A DNA stretch of 64,000 bases from Candidatus Shapirobacteria bacterium (GTDB lineage Bacteria > Patescibacteriota > Microgenomatia > 0-14-0-10-38-17), in the NCBI GenBank assembly GCA_028695445.1, contig JAQVIV010000001.1:6028-70027 (forward strand), given 5' to 3'. Every line of letters starts with the position of its first letter. The first letter of the stretch is position 1. Under the pieces are notes generated by a model. The model was not told the DNA's origin. It saw only the letters and a program-made list of their open reading frames with translations, and ran no database searches. The position numbers and the translations under genes are program-made. Shown here piece after piece: positions 37,168-46,739 of this stretch.

Positions 37168-37196
37168 ATTCTAACCACCGGGACTAGTCTTGTCAA
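37168..37196 (-). promoter_or_regulatory. groESL sigma70 promoter
   Basis: TTGACA-17-TAGAAT on the minus strand; no CIRCE seen. Confidence 0.75.
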
Positions 37197-37208
37197 GGGG
37201 TTCTTCTG

Positions 37209-37231
37209 TTGACAGATCCGGGATCTATCAA
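37209..37231. repeat. Third copy of the GA(T/C)AGATCCNGGATCTATC palindrome
   Basis: TTGACAGATCC-g-GGATCTATCAA. Confidence 0.75.
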
Positions 37232-38118
37232 GACATTATTAGCTTTTGATAAGTTTTTTGAAAACGAACCAAAACTGGCTGTCGCTGATCTTGGGGATGA
37301 AAAAATAACTGCCGCTTATTATCGGCTACCAGTTGGCGTTGATGAGCCTTGGCATAAATCGACTGGCCAAACATGGCCATCCTTTCTAAAAAATCAACCT
37401 CATTTTTGAGAATCGGAGAAACAACAAGAGAGCCTTTTTCCAATCGCTTCCGATAGGCTTGGGGCAGATAATTAGCCAACCAGCTATTACTAAGCAAGAA
37501 CTGTTGATAAAGGTCATGATCGCCGGCAATTGGCAACAACTGTAGAGCCTCATGGGCAGTATAAAAGTCTTGTCTCGTTCGGGGCAGACTTAAGTTGTCT
37601 TTCTCCAAAAAAAGATTAAGGCAAATTTTATTGGCCGCCTCTTTTTCCCCGGGCCTTCGGCGCTGACCAAAAATTTCAGCTAATAAAACACTGGCTAACC
37701 TAGCCCGATAAAGACAGCCCGGTAAGGCGATGATGAAAAAATCAATATCGTCATTCTCTTCTGCCGCGCTAATAGCCAAGTTGCCGCTGATCGCCACCAG
37801 CCCCACCCAAGGAAGACAGGCTAGTTTTTGACCAAGCTTCTCAGCCCGAAACATTTTCTTTCTAGAAAAAGCCTGTTTCTTTTGACGCAAATCAATAACC
37901 GCCCGATCACTTAAAAAATAAAAGGGAGAAGAATAGTAAATTTTTCTTCTCTTAACTAATCGCGCCAACGACTGCCCTACTTCTTTTAGGGGCGCTTCTT
38001 TAGGCAACCAAAACCAAACCTCCTTAACCGTTAGGGGATGAGCAAAAAGATCAGAATAGGCTAGAGCCGCCAAAACCGCTTCTTCCAAGCTTAAGGCGGT
38101 GGGGATAAAGGGCTTCAT
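37228..38118 (-). CDS. Pol-beta-like nucleotidyltransferase domain protein
   Basis: SGNLA......DDIDFFII motif; N-terminal wHTH-like region. Confidence 0.65.
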   Translation of the reverse strand: MKPFIPTALSLEEAVLAALAYSDLFAHPLTVKEVWFWLPKEAPLKEVGQSLARLVKRRKIYYSSPFYFLSDRAVIDLRQKKQAFSRKKMFRAEKLGQKLACLPWVGLVAISGNLAISAAEENDDIDFFIIALPGCLYRARLASVLLAEIFGQRRRPGEKEAANKICLNLFLEKDNLSLPRTRQDFYTAHEALQLLPIAGDHDLYQQFLLSNSWLANYLPQAYRKRLEKGSLVVSPILKNEVDFLERMAMFGQSIYAKAHQRQLVADNKRQLFFHPQDQRQPVLVRFQKTYQKLIMS

Positions 38119-39587
38119 CGCTGACTGACTTGGTACTTGGACAAAACTGAGGCAACCCCCTGACTAACTGTGGTTTCCATTTCCGAATTTGCCCCCATTA
38201 GCGACCGATTCACTGCATCTTCGAAATATTTGATAATGGTATCGTTGAGACCATTATCGGCAGTTCGTGATGACAGATACCAGCTTCTGGCATAAGGCGC
38301 TTGCTCTAAAAATGGTGCCAGCAATGGGTCTTGTTTTAACTTGCCGGCCATATCAATTTTGGGATAAAGCTGACCAACATAATGAGCTTGTGAACCAGCT
38401 TTAAAAATCCGCTCCAAAGACTCTTCCTGAGACAAAAAATCCAAAAACTGCCAAGCGGCCGCCTGTTTTTCAGATCGAACCGAAACCCCCTCAACCCAAA
38501 ATGTCGCCCACGATATCGGCTCCCTTTCCGGCAATTGCGGCACCGGCACCACTCCAAAATCAAGGTTCGGATTAAGCTCATTGAGATTAATAATTCGCCA
38601 AGAAGGAGCAAAATAAAGAGCTAGCTTGCCGCCGGCAAAAGCCCGTGTTGACTCCGGTAAAGCCTGATCCCAAACTTGATCCTGTTTGGCAAAAATTAAG
38701 AAAAAATCCAAGGCTTGCTGAGCATCAATTCCATACGGACCCGCGATCGAGGCGCCATTTTGAATCGTCATCAAACCCAAAATATCACTCCAATGGTCAA
38801 CATTAGAAGCCGTTCCCATCGCCGCCCCTGATTGCAGAATTCGCCCCTTTTCATCGCGAATCGTTAACTGATTAGCCACCTGACGAAATTGATCCCAGTC
38901 TTGAGGTACCGACAATTGGTGCTGATTAAAAATTTCTTTATTATAAAATAGGGCCAAAGTATCAATCATCAAGGGGAGGCCGTAAAACCGGCCACCGACA
39001 AATAGAGACTCCTTAACCACCGGATAGTAGTTGGTCTCTAAAGATAATGATGAGGCCAATTCATTGGGCACGGGAGCTAGATCATTGGCAAACATTGGCA
39101 GCCAGGTATTGTGAATTCGAAAAATGTCCGGCCCTGAACCAGAAGCCAGGGCCGATTGAAGACGCTGACGATAATCAACGATATTTTGCTGAGTATAATT
39201 AACCTTAATTTTAGGATTTTCTTTCTCAAATTCTTCAATTAAACCAGCCATGACTGATTCTGGCTCCCATAAACCCCAATAGTCAATCCTCGTCTCTTGG
39301 CCCGGAGTAAATGAGGCGCTTTTATTTTGCCACCAATAATAACCAGCGCCAATCAAAAACAACAAGCCAACAACAATCAATAAAACCTTTTTTAGACCAA
39401 AGGAGCTTTTAGTAGCGGTTGGTTCATTGACCGGAATATCAACCGCCCGAGCCACAACGGCTCCTTCTTCCTGGGCAACAGGCTCAGGAGTAGTTGCTGG
39501 GGTTGGAATATCGCCAGCCGATTCTGAACGAGAAAAACTACCGGGCGAACGAGGCGGTCGATTGGGCAAAGACTCAGTGTCAACCAT
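38115..39587 (-). CDS. Membrane-anchored sugar-type ABC substrate-binding protein (orphan)
   Basis: Pro-rich N-tail, TM, YWGLWE, GPDIF, DTLALFYN, FAGGK. Confidence 0.85.
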   Translation of the reverse strand: MVDTESLPNRPPRSPGSFSRSESAGDIPTPATTPEPVAQEEGAVVARAVDIPVNEPTATKSSFGLKKVLLIVVGLLFLIGAGYYWWQNKSASFTPGQETRIDYWGLWEPESVMAGLIEEFEKENPKIKVNYTQQNIVDYRQRLQSALASGSGPDIFRIHNTWLPMFANDLAPVPNELASSLSLETNYYPVVKESLFVGGRFYGLPLMIDTLALFYNKEIFNQHQLSVPQDWDQFRQVANQLTIRDEKGRILQSGAAMGTASNVDHWSDILGLMTIQNGASIAGPYGIDAQQALDFFLIFAKQDQVWDQALPESTRAFAGGKLALYFAPSWRIINLNELNPNLDFGVVPVPQLPEREPISWATFWVEGVSVRSEKQAAAWQFLDFLSQEESLERIFKAGSQAHYVGQLYPKIDMAGKLKQDPLLAPFLEQAPYARSWYLSSRTADNGLNDTIIKYFEDAVNRSLMGANSEMETTVSQGVASVLSKYQVSQR

Positions 39588-39677
39588 AAAAATTTTCTAC
39601 TTTCTTCTATGGTTATCATATAATACAAACAAGCCAAGAGGCAAGAACAGATTTTTTAAGCTTGAAAAAATAAAAGA

Positions 39678-41441
39678 GTGACTAAAAAAATAAAAAAAAC
39701 TAAAACCGGTAAAAATTTTGGTTGGTTTATTTTTACTGGTCTAATAGCCTTGGGTCTGATGATTCCCGCCGTTTACGAACTGGCTTTTTATGGCCAAATT
39801 TATCCTGGCGTTAAAATTCAGGGAATAGTCTTGGGAAACCTAACTCCCCAAGAGGCCCAAAAAAAGTTGGAACAGCAAATCCGATCACAAACCCCAGAAA
39901 CAATCACTTTTCAATTCGAAGACCAACAATGGCGGCTGGCAATCATCGACCTCAATTTAAAATTCAGCGCCGACCAAGCCATTGCCGCCGCTTACCGAAT
40001 CGGCCGAAACGGAACAGCTATTAACCGACTAAAAGAAAAGATTACCGCTTGGCAAAAGGGTATTAATCTTAACCTTGATTGGTACTTCAACCAAGAGACA
40101 GTTGACAAACAAATTAATCTCATTGCCAAAAACCTTGATCGTCCAGGCCGGCCCACCCAGCTTCTCTACCAAGGAACCAATATCGTTGTTCACCCCGGCC
40201 AAGAAGGTTTGTCAGTTGATCAAAGAAGGCTAAAAGAACTGGCTATTAGCCAAATTGTCAATCTTGGCCAAGAACCAATTTTGATCCCAACTCGAACCAT
40301 CAATCCAGTTCCAAACCAAGAAACCATTACTAGGCTCCAAGAGCAATCCCAAAGCTTGCGGGGTAAAAAAATTATTTTAGAGCTAGAGGCAGAAAGCTTT
40401 GTTATCAACGATACTGATTTAGTTAGTTTTCTCCATTACAATCCGGCCGCCAGCCAAAATAACATTGCCAAATGGGTAGCCGATTTTGCCAACCAAGTTA
40501 ACCGTTCACCCAAGAATGCTCGTTTTTCATTCCAAAACGAAACCCTGCTGGTAACCGAACCCTCTTGGTCAGGACAAAAAGTAGAAGAAAAAGAGTTAAT
40601 TAACCTAATCGAAAAAAACTTAATTAGTCTTGCCGCTGGCAATGACAAAGAAATTATCTTTGATTTACCAGCCCAAATTGTCCCCGCCAAAACCAGGGCC
40701 GAAGATGCCAACTCTCTGGGTATTAAAGAAAGAATTGGTCAAGGCGAGTCTCACTATCGCGGTTCTTCTACCTCAAGAGTAAACAATATCAAAGTAGCCG
40801 CCCAAGAATTAAACGGCCAATTAGTGGCTCCGGAAGAAATTTTCTCTTTCAATAACGCTCTGGGCGAAGTCACTTTTCAGGCCGGTTATCAAACCGGCTA
40901 CATTATTAAGAACGGGCAAACTATTCCCGGTATCGGCGGCGGGGTTTGTCAAGTTTCAACCACCCTGTTTCGGGCGATTCTTGATGCCGGCTTGCCGGTT
41001 GAAGAAAGACACCCTCATGCCTATCGAGTTGGCGTTTATGAACAAGAATCTCAACCAGGTTTAGATGCCACCGTTTTTGCTCCTAGCCCAGATTTAAAAT
41101 TTAAAAATGATACCGGCCACTACCTATTGGTCCAAACTGTTTTCTTGCCCCAAGAATGGCGATTAATTATCGATTTTTACGGTACCAATGATGGCCGCCT
41201 TAGTAGTTTATCAAATTTTCGCCTTTGGGATGTTACTCCACCGCCACCCCCTCTTTACATTGACGATCCCTCTCTGCCAAAAGATGAAATCAAGCAAATT
41301 GACTGGGCCGCTTACGGAGCTAAGGCCGCCTTTGATTGGGAGGTTGTTCGTGATGGTAAAATCCTACAAAAGGAAACTTTCTATTCTTATTATCAACCCT
41401 GGCAAGCCAAATATCTGAAAGGTACCGGAGGAAACAATTGA
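39678..41441 (+). CDS. VanW family protein with PG-binding (YoaR-like) domains
   Basis: IYPGV, R.NNI.VA, FSFN, GGGVCQVSTTLF, ERHPH, DLKFKN. Confidence 0.9.
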   Translation: MTKKIKKTKTGKNFGWFIFTGLIALGLMIPAVYELAFYGQIYPGVKIQGIVLGNLTPQEAQKKLEQQIRSQTPETITFQFEDQQWRLAIIDLNLKFSADQAIAAAYRIGRNGTAINRLKEKITAWQKGINLNLDWYFNQETVDKQINLIAKNLDRPGRPTQLLYQGTNIVVHPGQEGLSVDQRRLKELAISQIVNLGQEPILIPTRTINPVPNQETITRLQEQSQSLRGKKIILELEAESFVINDTDLVSFLHYNPAASQNNIAKWVADFANQVNRSPKNARFSFQNETLLVTEPSWSGQKVEEKELINLIEKNLISLAAGNDKEIIFDLPAQIVPAKTRAEDANSLGIKERIGQGESHYRGSSTSRVNNIKVAAQELNGQLVAPEEIFSFNNALGEVTFQAGYQTGYIIKNGQTIPGIGGGVCQVSTTLFRAILDAGLPVEERHPHAYRVGVYEQESQPGLDATVFAPSPDLKFKNDTGHYLLVQTVFLPQEWRLIIDFYGTNDGRLSSLSNFRLWDVTPPPPPLYIDDPSLPKDEIKQIDWAAYGAKAAFDWEVVRDGKILQKETFYSYYQPWQAKYLKGTGGNN

Positions 41442-41443
41442 TA

Positions 41444-41553
41444 AAATTTCAAATTTCTAATTTTTAATTCTTATTGAATTTCTAATGATTTAATGTTTTA
41501 AGCATTTAGACAATAAAAATTGAATAGAAATTAGAAATTAAGAATTAGAAATT
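41444..41553. repeat. ~110-bp self-complementary AATTAGA-repeat element, copy A
   Basis: 41464-41497 is the exact reverse complement of 51169-51202 (34 bp). Confidence 0.85.
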
Positions 41554-41573
41554 ATTTACCTAGATACTATACT

Positions 41574-42626
41574 ATGATTATCCTTGGTATCGAAACCTCT
41601 TGCGATGAAACCTCGGTGGCTATCGTTGAGAATGGCCGCCGGGTGCTATCGGTAGCCACGGCTTCATCAGAGGAACTGCACCAAAAAACCGGTGGTATTG
41701 TCCCGGAATCGGCCGCTCGAGAACAACTCTCCTGTATGATTCCGGTTCTAGAAGAAACTCTAATCCAATTCCAACCTAAAATAAAACCGCAAAAAGCTTT
41801 GGAAAAAATTGATGCTTTGGCAGTCACTTATGGGCCCGGATTAATCGGCTCGTTATTAGTCGGAATCGAAACCGCCAAAGCCCTAAGCTTGGTTACCGGT
41901 AAACCATTAGTGCCGGTTAATCACCTAGAAGCCCATATTTTTGGCAATTGGCTGGAGAAAAGACCTGATCAATTTCCGAATCTGCCAGGCTTGGCCTTAA
42001 TCGCCTCCGGCGGTCACACCGAACTGATTTTAGTCAATAAAAAGGATAAAAAATACCAGTTTACCTTCCTTGGCGGCACCAGAGACGACGCCTCAGGCGA
42101 ATGTTTTGATAAGTGTGCCCGTGTTTTGGGCTTGGACTATCCGGGAGGGCCGGCCATCGCCCAAAGCGCTCAAGGGGCTCCGGAAAAACTGATTGGTAAT
42201 CCTCCCCTTAGTCTGCCTCGGCCAATGGTTGATCAAAAAAATCTTGACTTTTCTTTTTCCGGATTAAAAACGGCCGTTATTAACCAGGTCCGGAAACTTA
42301 GAGAAGAGGGCTTTTTAAACGAGGAGACGAAAAACTTTTTTGCTTGGGAAATTCAAGAGGCCATTACCGACTGTTTGGTCAAAAAAACTATTCAGGCGGC
42401 GAAAAAATACCCGGTTGGGTCACTGCTCTTGGGCGGTGGGGTAACCGCTAATCAAGTATTGCGAGAAAAGCTTCAGGAAGAAGCCAATAAATTAAATTTT
42501 AATCTTTTTATCCCCGGAATTCGTTATTGCACCGATAATGCCACCATTGTTGCCGCCGCCGCTTATTTTAACTACCAACCCATCCCCTGGTCAAAAATTA
42601 CCCCCCAGCCAAGTCTTTCATTTTAA
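41574..42626 (+). CDS. tsaD: tRNA threonylcarbamoyltransferase TsaD
   Basis: GIETSCDET, GPGLIGSL, NHLEAH, SGGHT, FSFSGLKT, CTDNA. Confidence 0.97.
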   Translation: MIILGIETSCDETSVAIVENGRRVLSVATASSEELHQKTGGIVPESAAREQLSCMIPVLEETLIQFQPKIKPQKALEKIDALAVTYGPGLIGSLLVGIETAKALSLVTGKPLVPVNHLEAHIFGNWLEKRPDQFPNLPGLALIASGGHTELILVNKKDKKYQFTFLGGTRDDASGECFDKCARVLGLDYPGGPAIAQSAQGAPEKLIGNPPLSLPRPMVDQKNLDFSFSGLKTAVINQVRKLREEGFLNEETKNFFAWEIQEAITDCLVKKTIQAAKKYPVGSLLLGGGVTANQVLREKLQEEANKLNFNLFIPGIRYCTDNATIVAAAAYFNYQPIPWSKITPQPSLSF

Positions 42627-42627
42627 C

Positions 42628-42655
42628 CACCTCGAGGGTGGAACACCCTAAGGTG
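42628..42655. terminator. Hairpin between convergent tsaD and amrS
   Basis: CACCT-cg-AGGGTG-gaa-CACCCT-a-AGGTG. Confidence 0.5.
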
Positions 42656-43684
42656 TCACCAAACACCGCTAATTTCCTGACCGCAATTTGGGCATTGACC
42701 CTCTTTTAGGCTCGACCTAACCAAAAAATAACCGTCTCTTTTAACCAACTCTTGGCCACAGCCAGGACAATAAGTTGAGGCGTTTTTGGTGCTGGCAATA
42801 TTCCCCAAGTATACATAATTTAGACCAGCCTTTTGGCCAATTTGATAGGCTTTGATTAATTTTTCCCGAGAGGTTGGCTTCCTGTCCATCATCTGATAAT
42901 CGGGATGAAAGGCCGACAAGTGCCAGGGAATATCAGGCGAAACTTTTTTAATAAACTTGGCCATTTGGGTTAATTCTTTGACCGAATCATTTTCTCCCGA
43001 AATTACTAAGGTTGTCACCTCTGTCCAAATCCCGGCCTGATGATATTTTTTAATATTTTCCAAAACCGGAGCCAGTTTTGCCCCACCGCAAACTTCCCGA
43101 TAAAAATCATCTCGAAAACTCTTTAAGTCAATATTGACCGCATCAAGATGGTCTTTAGTTAACCGAAATGATTCCGGTGATTGATAACCGTTGGTAACGA
43201 AAATATTTTTTAAGCCCTTTAGGTGGGCTAGTCTCATCGTATCAAGAGCATAGTCAATAAAAACAGCCGGTTCATTATAGGTGTAGGCAATCGAGGCGCA
43301 ATTTTTCTTCAGGGCCAGGCTAGCCAATTGCTTGGGGGTAAATTTTTTTGAATATTGTTTAATTTGCCGTAGTGGTTCTTTTTCTTGTTTTACCCCCTGC
43401 GATTGAAACCAGTTCTGGCAAAACTGGCAGGCAAAGTTACACCCCAGGGTGCCAAAAGACAAGGCCTTACTTCCAGGCAAAAAATGAAATAAGGGCTTTT
43501 TTTCCACCGGATCAAGGCTTGGCCCAACCGCCCAACCATAAACCAAAGAATAAAGCTGACCATCTTTATTTTCCCTAACCGAACAAGCCCCTCTTTGACC
43601 ATTGGTAATTTGACAATAGCGCCAACAAGCCTGGCAAAGAACCCGATTATCTTCTAGCTTTTTAAATAGCTTTGCTTTTCTCAT
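42656..43684 (-). CDS. amrS: AmmeMemoRadiSam system radical SAM enzyme
   Basis: N-terminal CxxCxxxC, DPVEKKPLFHF, GCNFACQFCQN, YTYNEP, FHPDY. Confidence 0.93.
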   Translation of the reverse strand: MRKAKLFKKLEDNRVLCQACWRYCQITNGQRGACSVRENKDGQLYSLVYGWAVGPSLDPVEKKPLFHFLPGSKALSFGTLGCNFACQFCQNWFQSQGVKQEKEPLRQIKQYSKKFTPKQLASLALKKNCASIAYTYNEPAVFIDYALDTMRLAHLKGLKNIFVTNGYQSPESFRLTKDHLDAVNIDLKSFRDDFYREVCGGAKLAPVLENIKKYHQAGIWTEVTTLVISGENDSVKELTQMAKFIKKVSPDIPWHLSAFHPDYQMMDRKPTSREKLIKAYQIGQKAGLNYVYLGNIASTKNASTYCPGCGQELVKRDGYFLVRSSLKEGQCPNCGQEISGVW

Positions 43685-43697
43685 ACTAACAATGATT

Positions 43698-45095
43698 TCA
43701 AATATTTTTAACTGTTATTTTCGGCTTCCCTTGCCGCCAAGCTTTAATAATCGGCTCAACAAAACGCCATTGGGCCATGACTTCATCAGTGCTAACAAAC
43801 AAAGTTTGGTCACCGATTAAAATATCTAAAAGAAGTTTTTCATAGTCGCTAGCAAATTTTTCACCGTTAAAATTAGCCCGATAATCAAAGCTCATCTTGG
43901 CCTCTGAAAGACGATCGACCAGGCCTGGTTTTTTAACCAACAGCGTCAAAAAGATCGTTTCTTTAGGTTTGACTCGATAAACTAGAACATTCTGGCAAGA
44001 CGAACTTTGGTGAAAACACTTAGACGGTTGTTTAAAAAAAATTTTGGCTTCAACTAAATTTTTCTTCATTGCCTTGCCGGCCTCCAAAATTAAAGGAACA
44101 CCAGCTAAATTACCATCAGAAAAAGAAGTACTAATTTTAAAATAGGTTTCGGTCGAAGAATTCTTCTTTACCCCCAGCTGGTTCCGATAACCATCGTATT
44201 GGGCTCGAACGGTTTTTTTCTCTACTTGACCAGGAGACAAAATCGCCAAATTTTTTAAAGCCTTGGCTCGGGTTTTTCTGATTGCCCCTGAAGAAGAATC
44301 TTGGGGTTGATCCATCGTCAAAAGGGCCAAAAATTGCAGTAAATGGTTTTGGCCCACGTCCCTCAGGGCCCCCAAACCGTCATAAAAAGCCGTCCTGCCA
44401 TCGGCTACTTTTTCTTTCTCCCAAAGCCTAACCTCAACTTTATCAATAAATTGCTTATTCCAAATTGGGGTTAAAAAAGTATTATCAAACCTTAAAGCCA
44501 AAATATTTCTCAAGTTCTCTTTGGCCAAGTAGTGATCAATTCGATAAACCTGATTTTCGGCAAAAAGACTACCTAATAGTTGATCTAGCTTTTTAGCGGT
44601 AGGCAAATCCTGGCCAAAAGGTTTTTCTAGAGCTATCCTAGTCCAAGAACTATTATTACAAGTAACCACCAAATTATTCTCTTTTAAACCGACCAAAATT
44701 GTCTGATAAAAATGGGGGGAAACGGCCAAATAATAAAGTTTGTTGGTGCAACTACTTGCCTGTCGATCAATTTTTCTTACTCTCTTGGCCAAATCAACAA
44801 ATGAGGAAGGACAAGTAAAATCGGCCTTAAAATAAGAAAAAATGGCTAAAAAATCATTCCAAAGACTCTTTCGGGGGAAACCCTCTTCGATCATAATTTT
44901 TTCCAAATGAGCCCGCAGGTCGTTATCATCCCAATCACGCCGGGAAAGACCAAGAACCAAAAAATCTTTTTTGGGTAATTTCCCCTGGAGAAACAAATTA
45001 AATAAAGCCCATAATAATTTAGTTTTAACTAAATCACCGGTAATACCAAAAACAATCAAGGTGGTTGGTCTTTTAGTCATCAAATTATTCGGCAA
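43698..45095 (-). CDS. zwf: Glucose-6-phosphate 1-dehydrogenase
   Basis: FGITGDL, EKPFG.D, YRIDHYLAKE, DVGQNHL, TETY; start may be 45080. Confidence 0.95.
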   Translation of the reverse strand: MPNNLMTKRPTTLIVFGITGDLVKTKLLWALFNLFLQGKLPKKDFLVLGLSRRDWDDNDLRAHLEKIMIEEGFPRKSLWNDFLAIFSYFKADFTCPSSFVDLAKRVRKIDRQASSCTNKLYYLAVSPHFYQTILVGLKENNLVVTCNNSSWTRIALEKPFGQDLPTAKKLDQLLGSLFAENQVYRIDHYLAKENLRNILALRFDNTFLTPIWNKQFIDKVEVRLWEKEKVADGRTAFYDGLGALRDVGQNHLLQFLALLTMDQPQDSSSGAIRKTRAKALKNLAILSPGQVEKKTVRAQYDGYRNQLGVKKNSSTETYFKISTSFSDGNLAGVPLILEAGKAMKKNLVEAKIFFKQPSKCFHQSSSCQNVLVYRVKPKETIFLTLLVKKPGLVDRLSEAKMSFDYRANFNGEKFASDYEKLLLDILIGDQTLFVSTDEVMAQWRFVEPIIKAWRQGKPKITVKNI

Positions 45096-46602
45096 AAGAT
45101 TCCACAGTATAAATGAAAATTTCTGTCGCTGGATCTAAATAACAATCTCTATTAAGGCCCATTTTTTGAGCGCAAATCTCTCCCAAAAAGTCCTCTTTAG
45201 TCCAATCGCCTTCTTGGGCCACTTGAGGAAGAAATGTCCCCGTTAAGGTATCCTGCTTTAAATAAACACCATGCTTGCCAAGTTCAACTTCTTCCCAAGA
45301 GGTCACTTTTTTAAGCGGAGAAAGAAGAGAAATTTCAATAGTAATTTCTTCTAATTCATCTTTGGTAACGGGCGAAAAGCGGGGATCATTGGCGGCCGCG
45401 GCAATAGCCATATTGGCCACTGCTTGCCAAACCGGCTCCTTAGCCTCAAAACCGCCAAGACAACCCCGAAGCTGACCATTTTTTTTGAGAGTAACAAAAA
45501 CAGCCCTTTTGGTTTCCAAAGAAGCCTTGGGGGCTTTTTTTAGGGGGATTTGGCCGGTAGCCAAATAACCAGTTAAAGCTTCTCTGGCCCAAGAGAGTAA
45601 TATTTGTTTCTCTTCCTGGTCAATTCCAACAAAGTCTTGTTCCTGTTTTAGCCAAAAAGCCACTGCCCCATAACCAACCACCTGTTCTGTCTGACCAGAA
45701 ACTACCCCCGAATCGCCTTGAGCCAAAATTTTGGCCTCTTTTAGACCAATTTTACTGGCAACCAACAAACCCACTCTAATGGCATCAGCCCCGCAGGCAA
45801 AAGTATCAACCGCCGGATATTGATTGGCCAAATTGGCCAGTGTTTGGCCAAACCTTTCCCTACTACCGGAGGCAATCGCCGCCAGGGTTTTAGTATCAAC
45901 CTTTTGGGCCGTGATTTGATCGGGATAATGAGACAAATCAGAAGAAATTACCAGCAAGGTTTTTGGGTCATTGGCCAAAACTTGAGTTAATTTTTGAGCC
46001 AAAGCCAAAAGATCAGAATCTTTAACCTGACCGATTAAAATTGGAACAATGCTAAAATCAGATAAAACCGTTTGTAAAAAAGGCAACTCCACTTCAAGAA
46101 CATGATCATCCTGATGAGTCCGACGATTAACAACAATTACTCCTTGATCAACCAAATTAGCAATCAAATTTTTATCTGTCGACACCTGACCCAAGGGGGT
46201 CTGCCAAAAATCATGATCATCCAAAACAATTTTGTCAGTTGATGATCGGTGAGTGGTTCCCAATAAAATTACCCGATTAAAACCGCTACTTTTGAGAAGA
46301 TTAAAACCGTAAGCGGCCACTGGGCCAGAATACGACCAGCCGGCATGAGGGACAATAATTATTTGCGGTGGCAAAGAAAAGGCAAAGTTAGCCTCAGCCA
46401 AAAAAGTCTTTATTTGTTTCCTGGCTTCCCCCTCTTCTTCAGGATAAAATTGTCCGGCTACTGCCGGCAAGCGAACCAAAAAATCTTTCTCATTATTCAT
46501 GATGGCACCCTTCTCTAATTTTAGCAAAACTGCCAAAGTTACCAAAAACAAAGCCACGGCCCCGAAAACAAAGAAACCCAACACTCTTCGCTTATTTTTC
46601 AT
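45085..46602 (-). CDS. AmmeMemoRadiSam protein B (Memo) + protein A (AMMECR1) fusion with N-terminal TM
   Basis: PAVAGQFYP, PHAGW.YSG, SSDLSHY, VGYG, FVTL....LRGCLG, DPRF, FLPQV. Confidence 0.9.
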   Translation of the reverse strand: MKNKRRVLGFFVFGAVALFLVTLAVLLKLEKGAIMNNEKDFLVRLPAVAGQFYPEEEGEARKQIKTFLAEANFAFSLPPQIIIVPHAGWSYSGPVAAYGFNLLKSSGFNRVILLGTTHRSSTDKIVLDDHDFWQTPLGQVSTDKNLIANLVDQGVIVVNRRTHQDDHVLEVELPFLQTVLSDFSIVPILIGQVKDSDLLALAQKLTQVLANDPKTLLVISSDLSHYPDQITAQKVDTKTLAAIASGSRERFGQTLANLANQYPAVDTFACGADAIRVGLLVASKIGLKEAKILAQGDSGVVSGQTEQVVGYGAVAFWLKQEQDFVGIDQEEKQILLSWAREALTGYLATGQIPLKKAPKASLETKRAVFVTLKKNGQLRGCLGGFEAKEPVWQAVANMAIAAAANDPRFSPVTKDELEEITIEISLLSPLKKVTSWEEVELGKHGVYLKQDTLTGTFLPQVAQEGDWTKEDFLGEICAQKMGLNRDCYLDPATEIFIYTVESFAE

Positions 46603-46665
46603 AAACCAATTTTAACAGTTCTTGCCTTCCAGCACCGGAATCTAGAGGATAATAATAGTTTATCG

Positions 46666-46692
46666 TTCTGTTGGATCCCGGATCCGGCAGAA
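46666..46692. repeat. GGATCC-N-GGATCC centred hairpin upstream of valS
   Basis: TTCTGTTGGATCC-c-GGATCCGGCAGAA. Confidence 0.55.
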
Positions 46693-46739
46693 GCTGATTT
46701 TCCGATCAATTTATTTGTTGCTATAATAAATTAATTATC

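Noticed and set aside
37098-37200. CIRCE or Fur box upstream of groES
   Set aside because: No TTAGCACTC-N9-GAGTGCTAA; TGATAAT half-sites are not in 7-1-7 spacing
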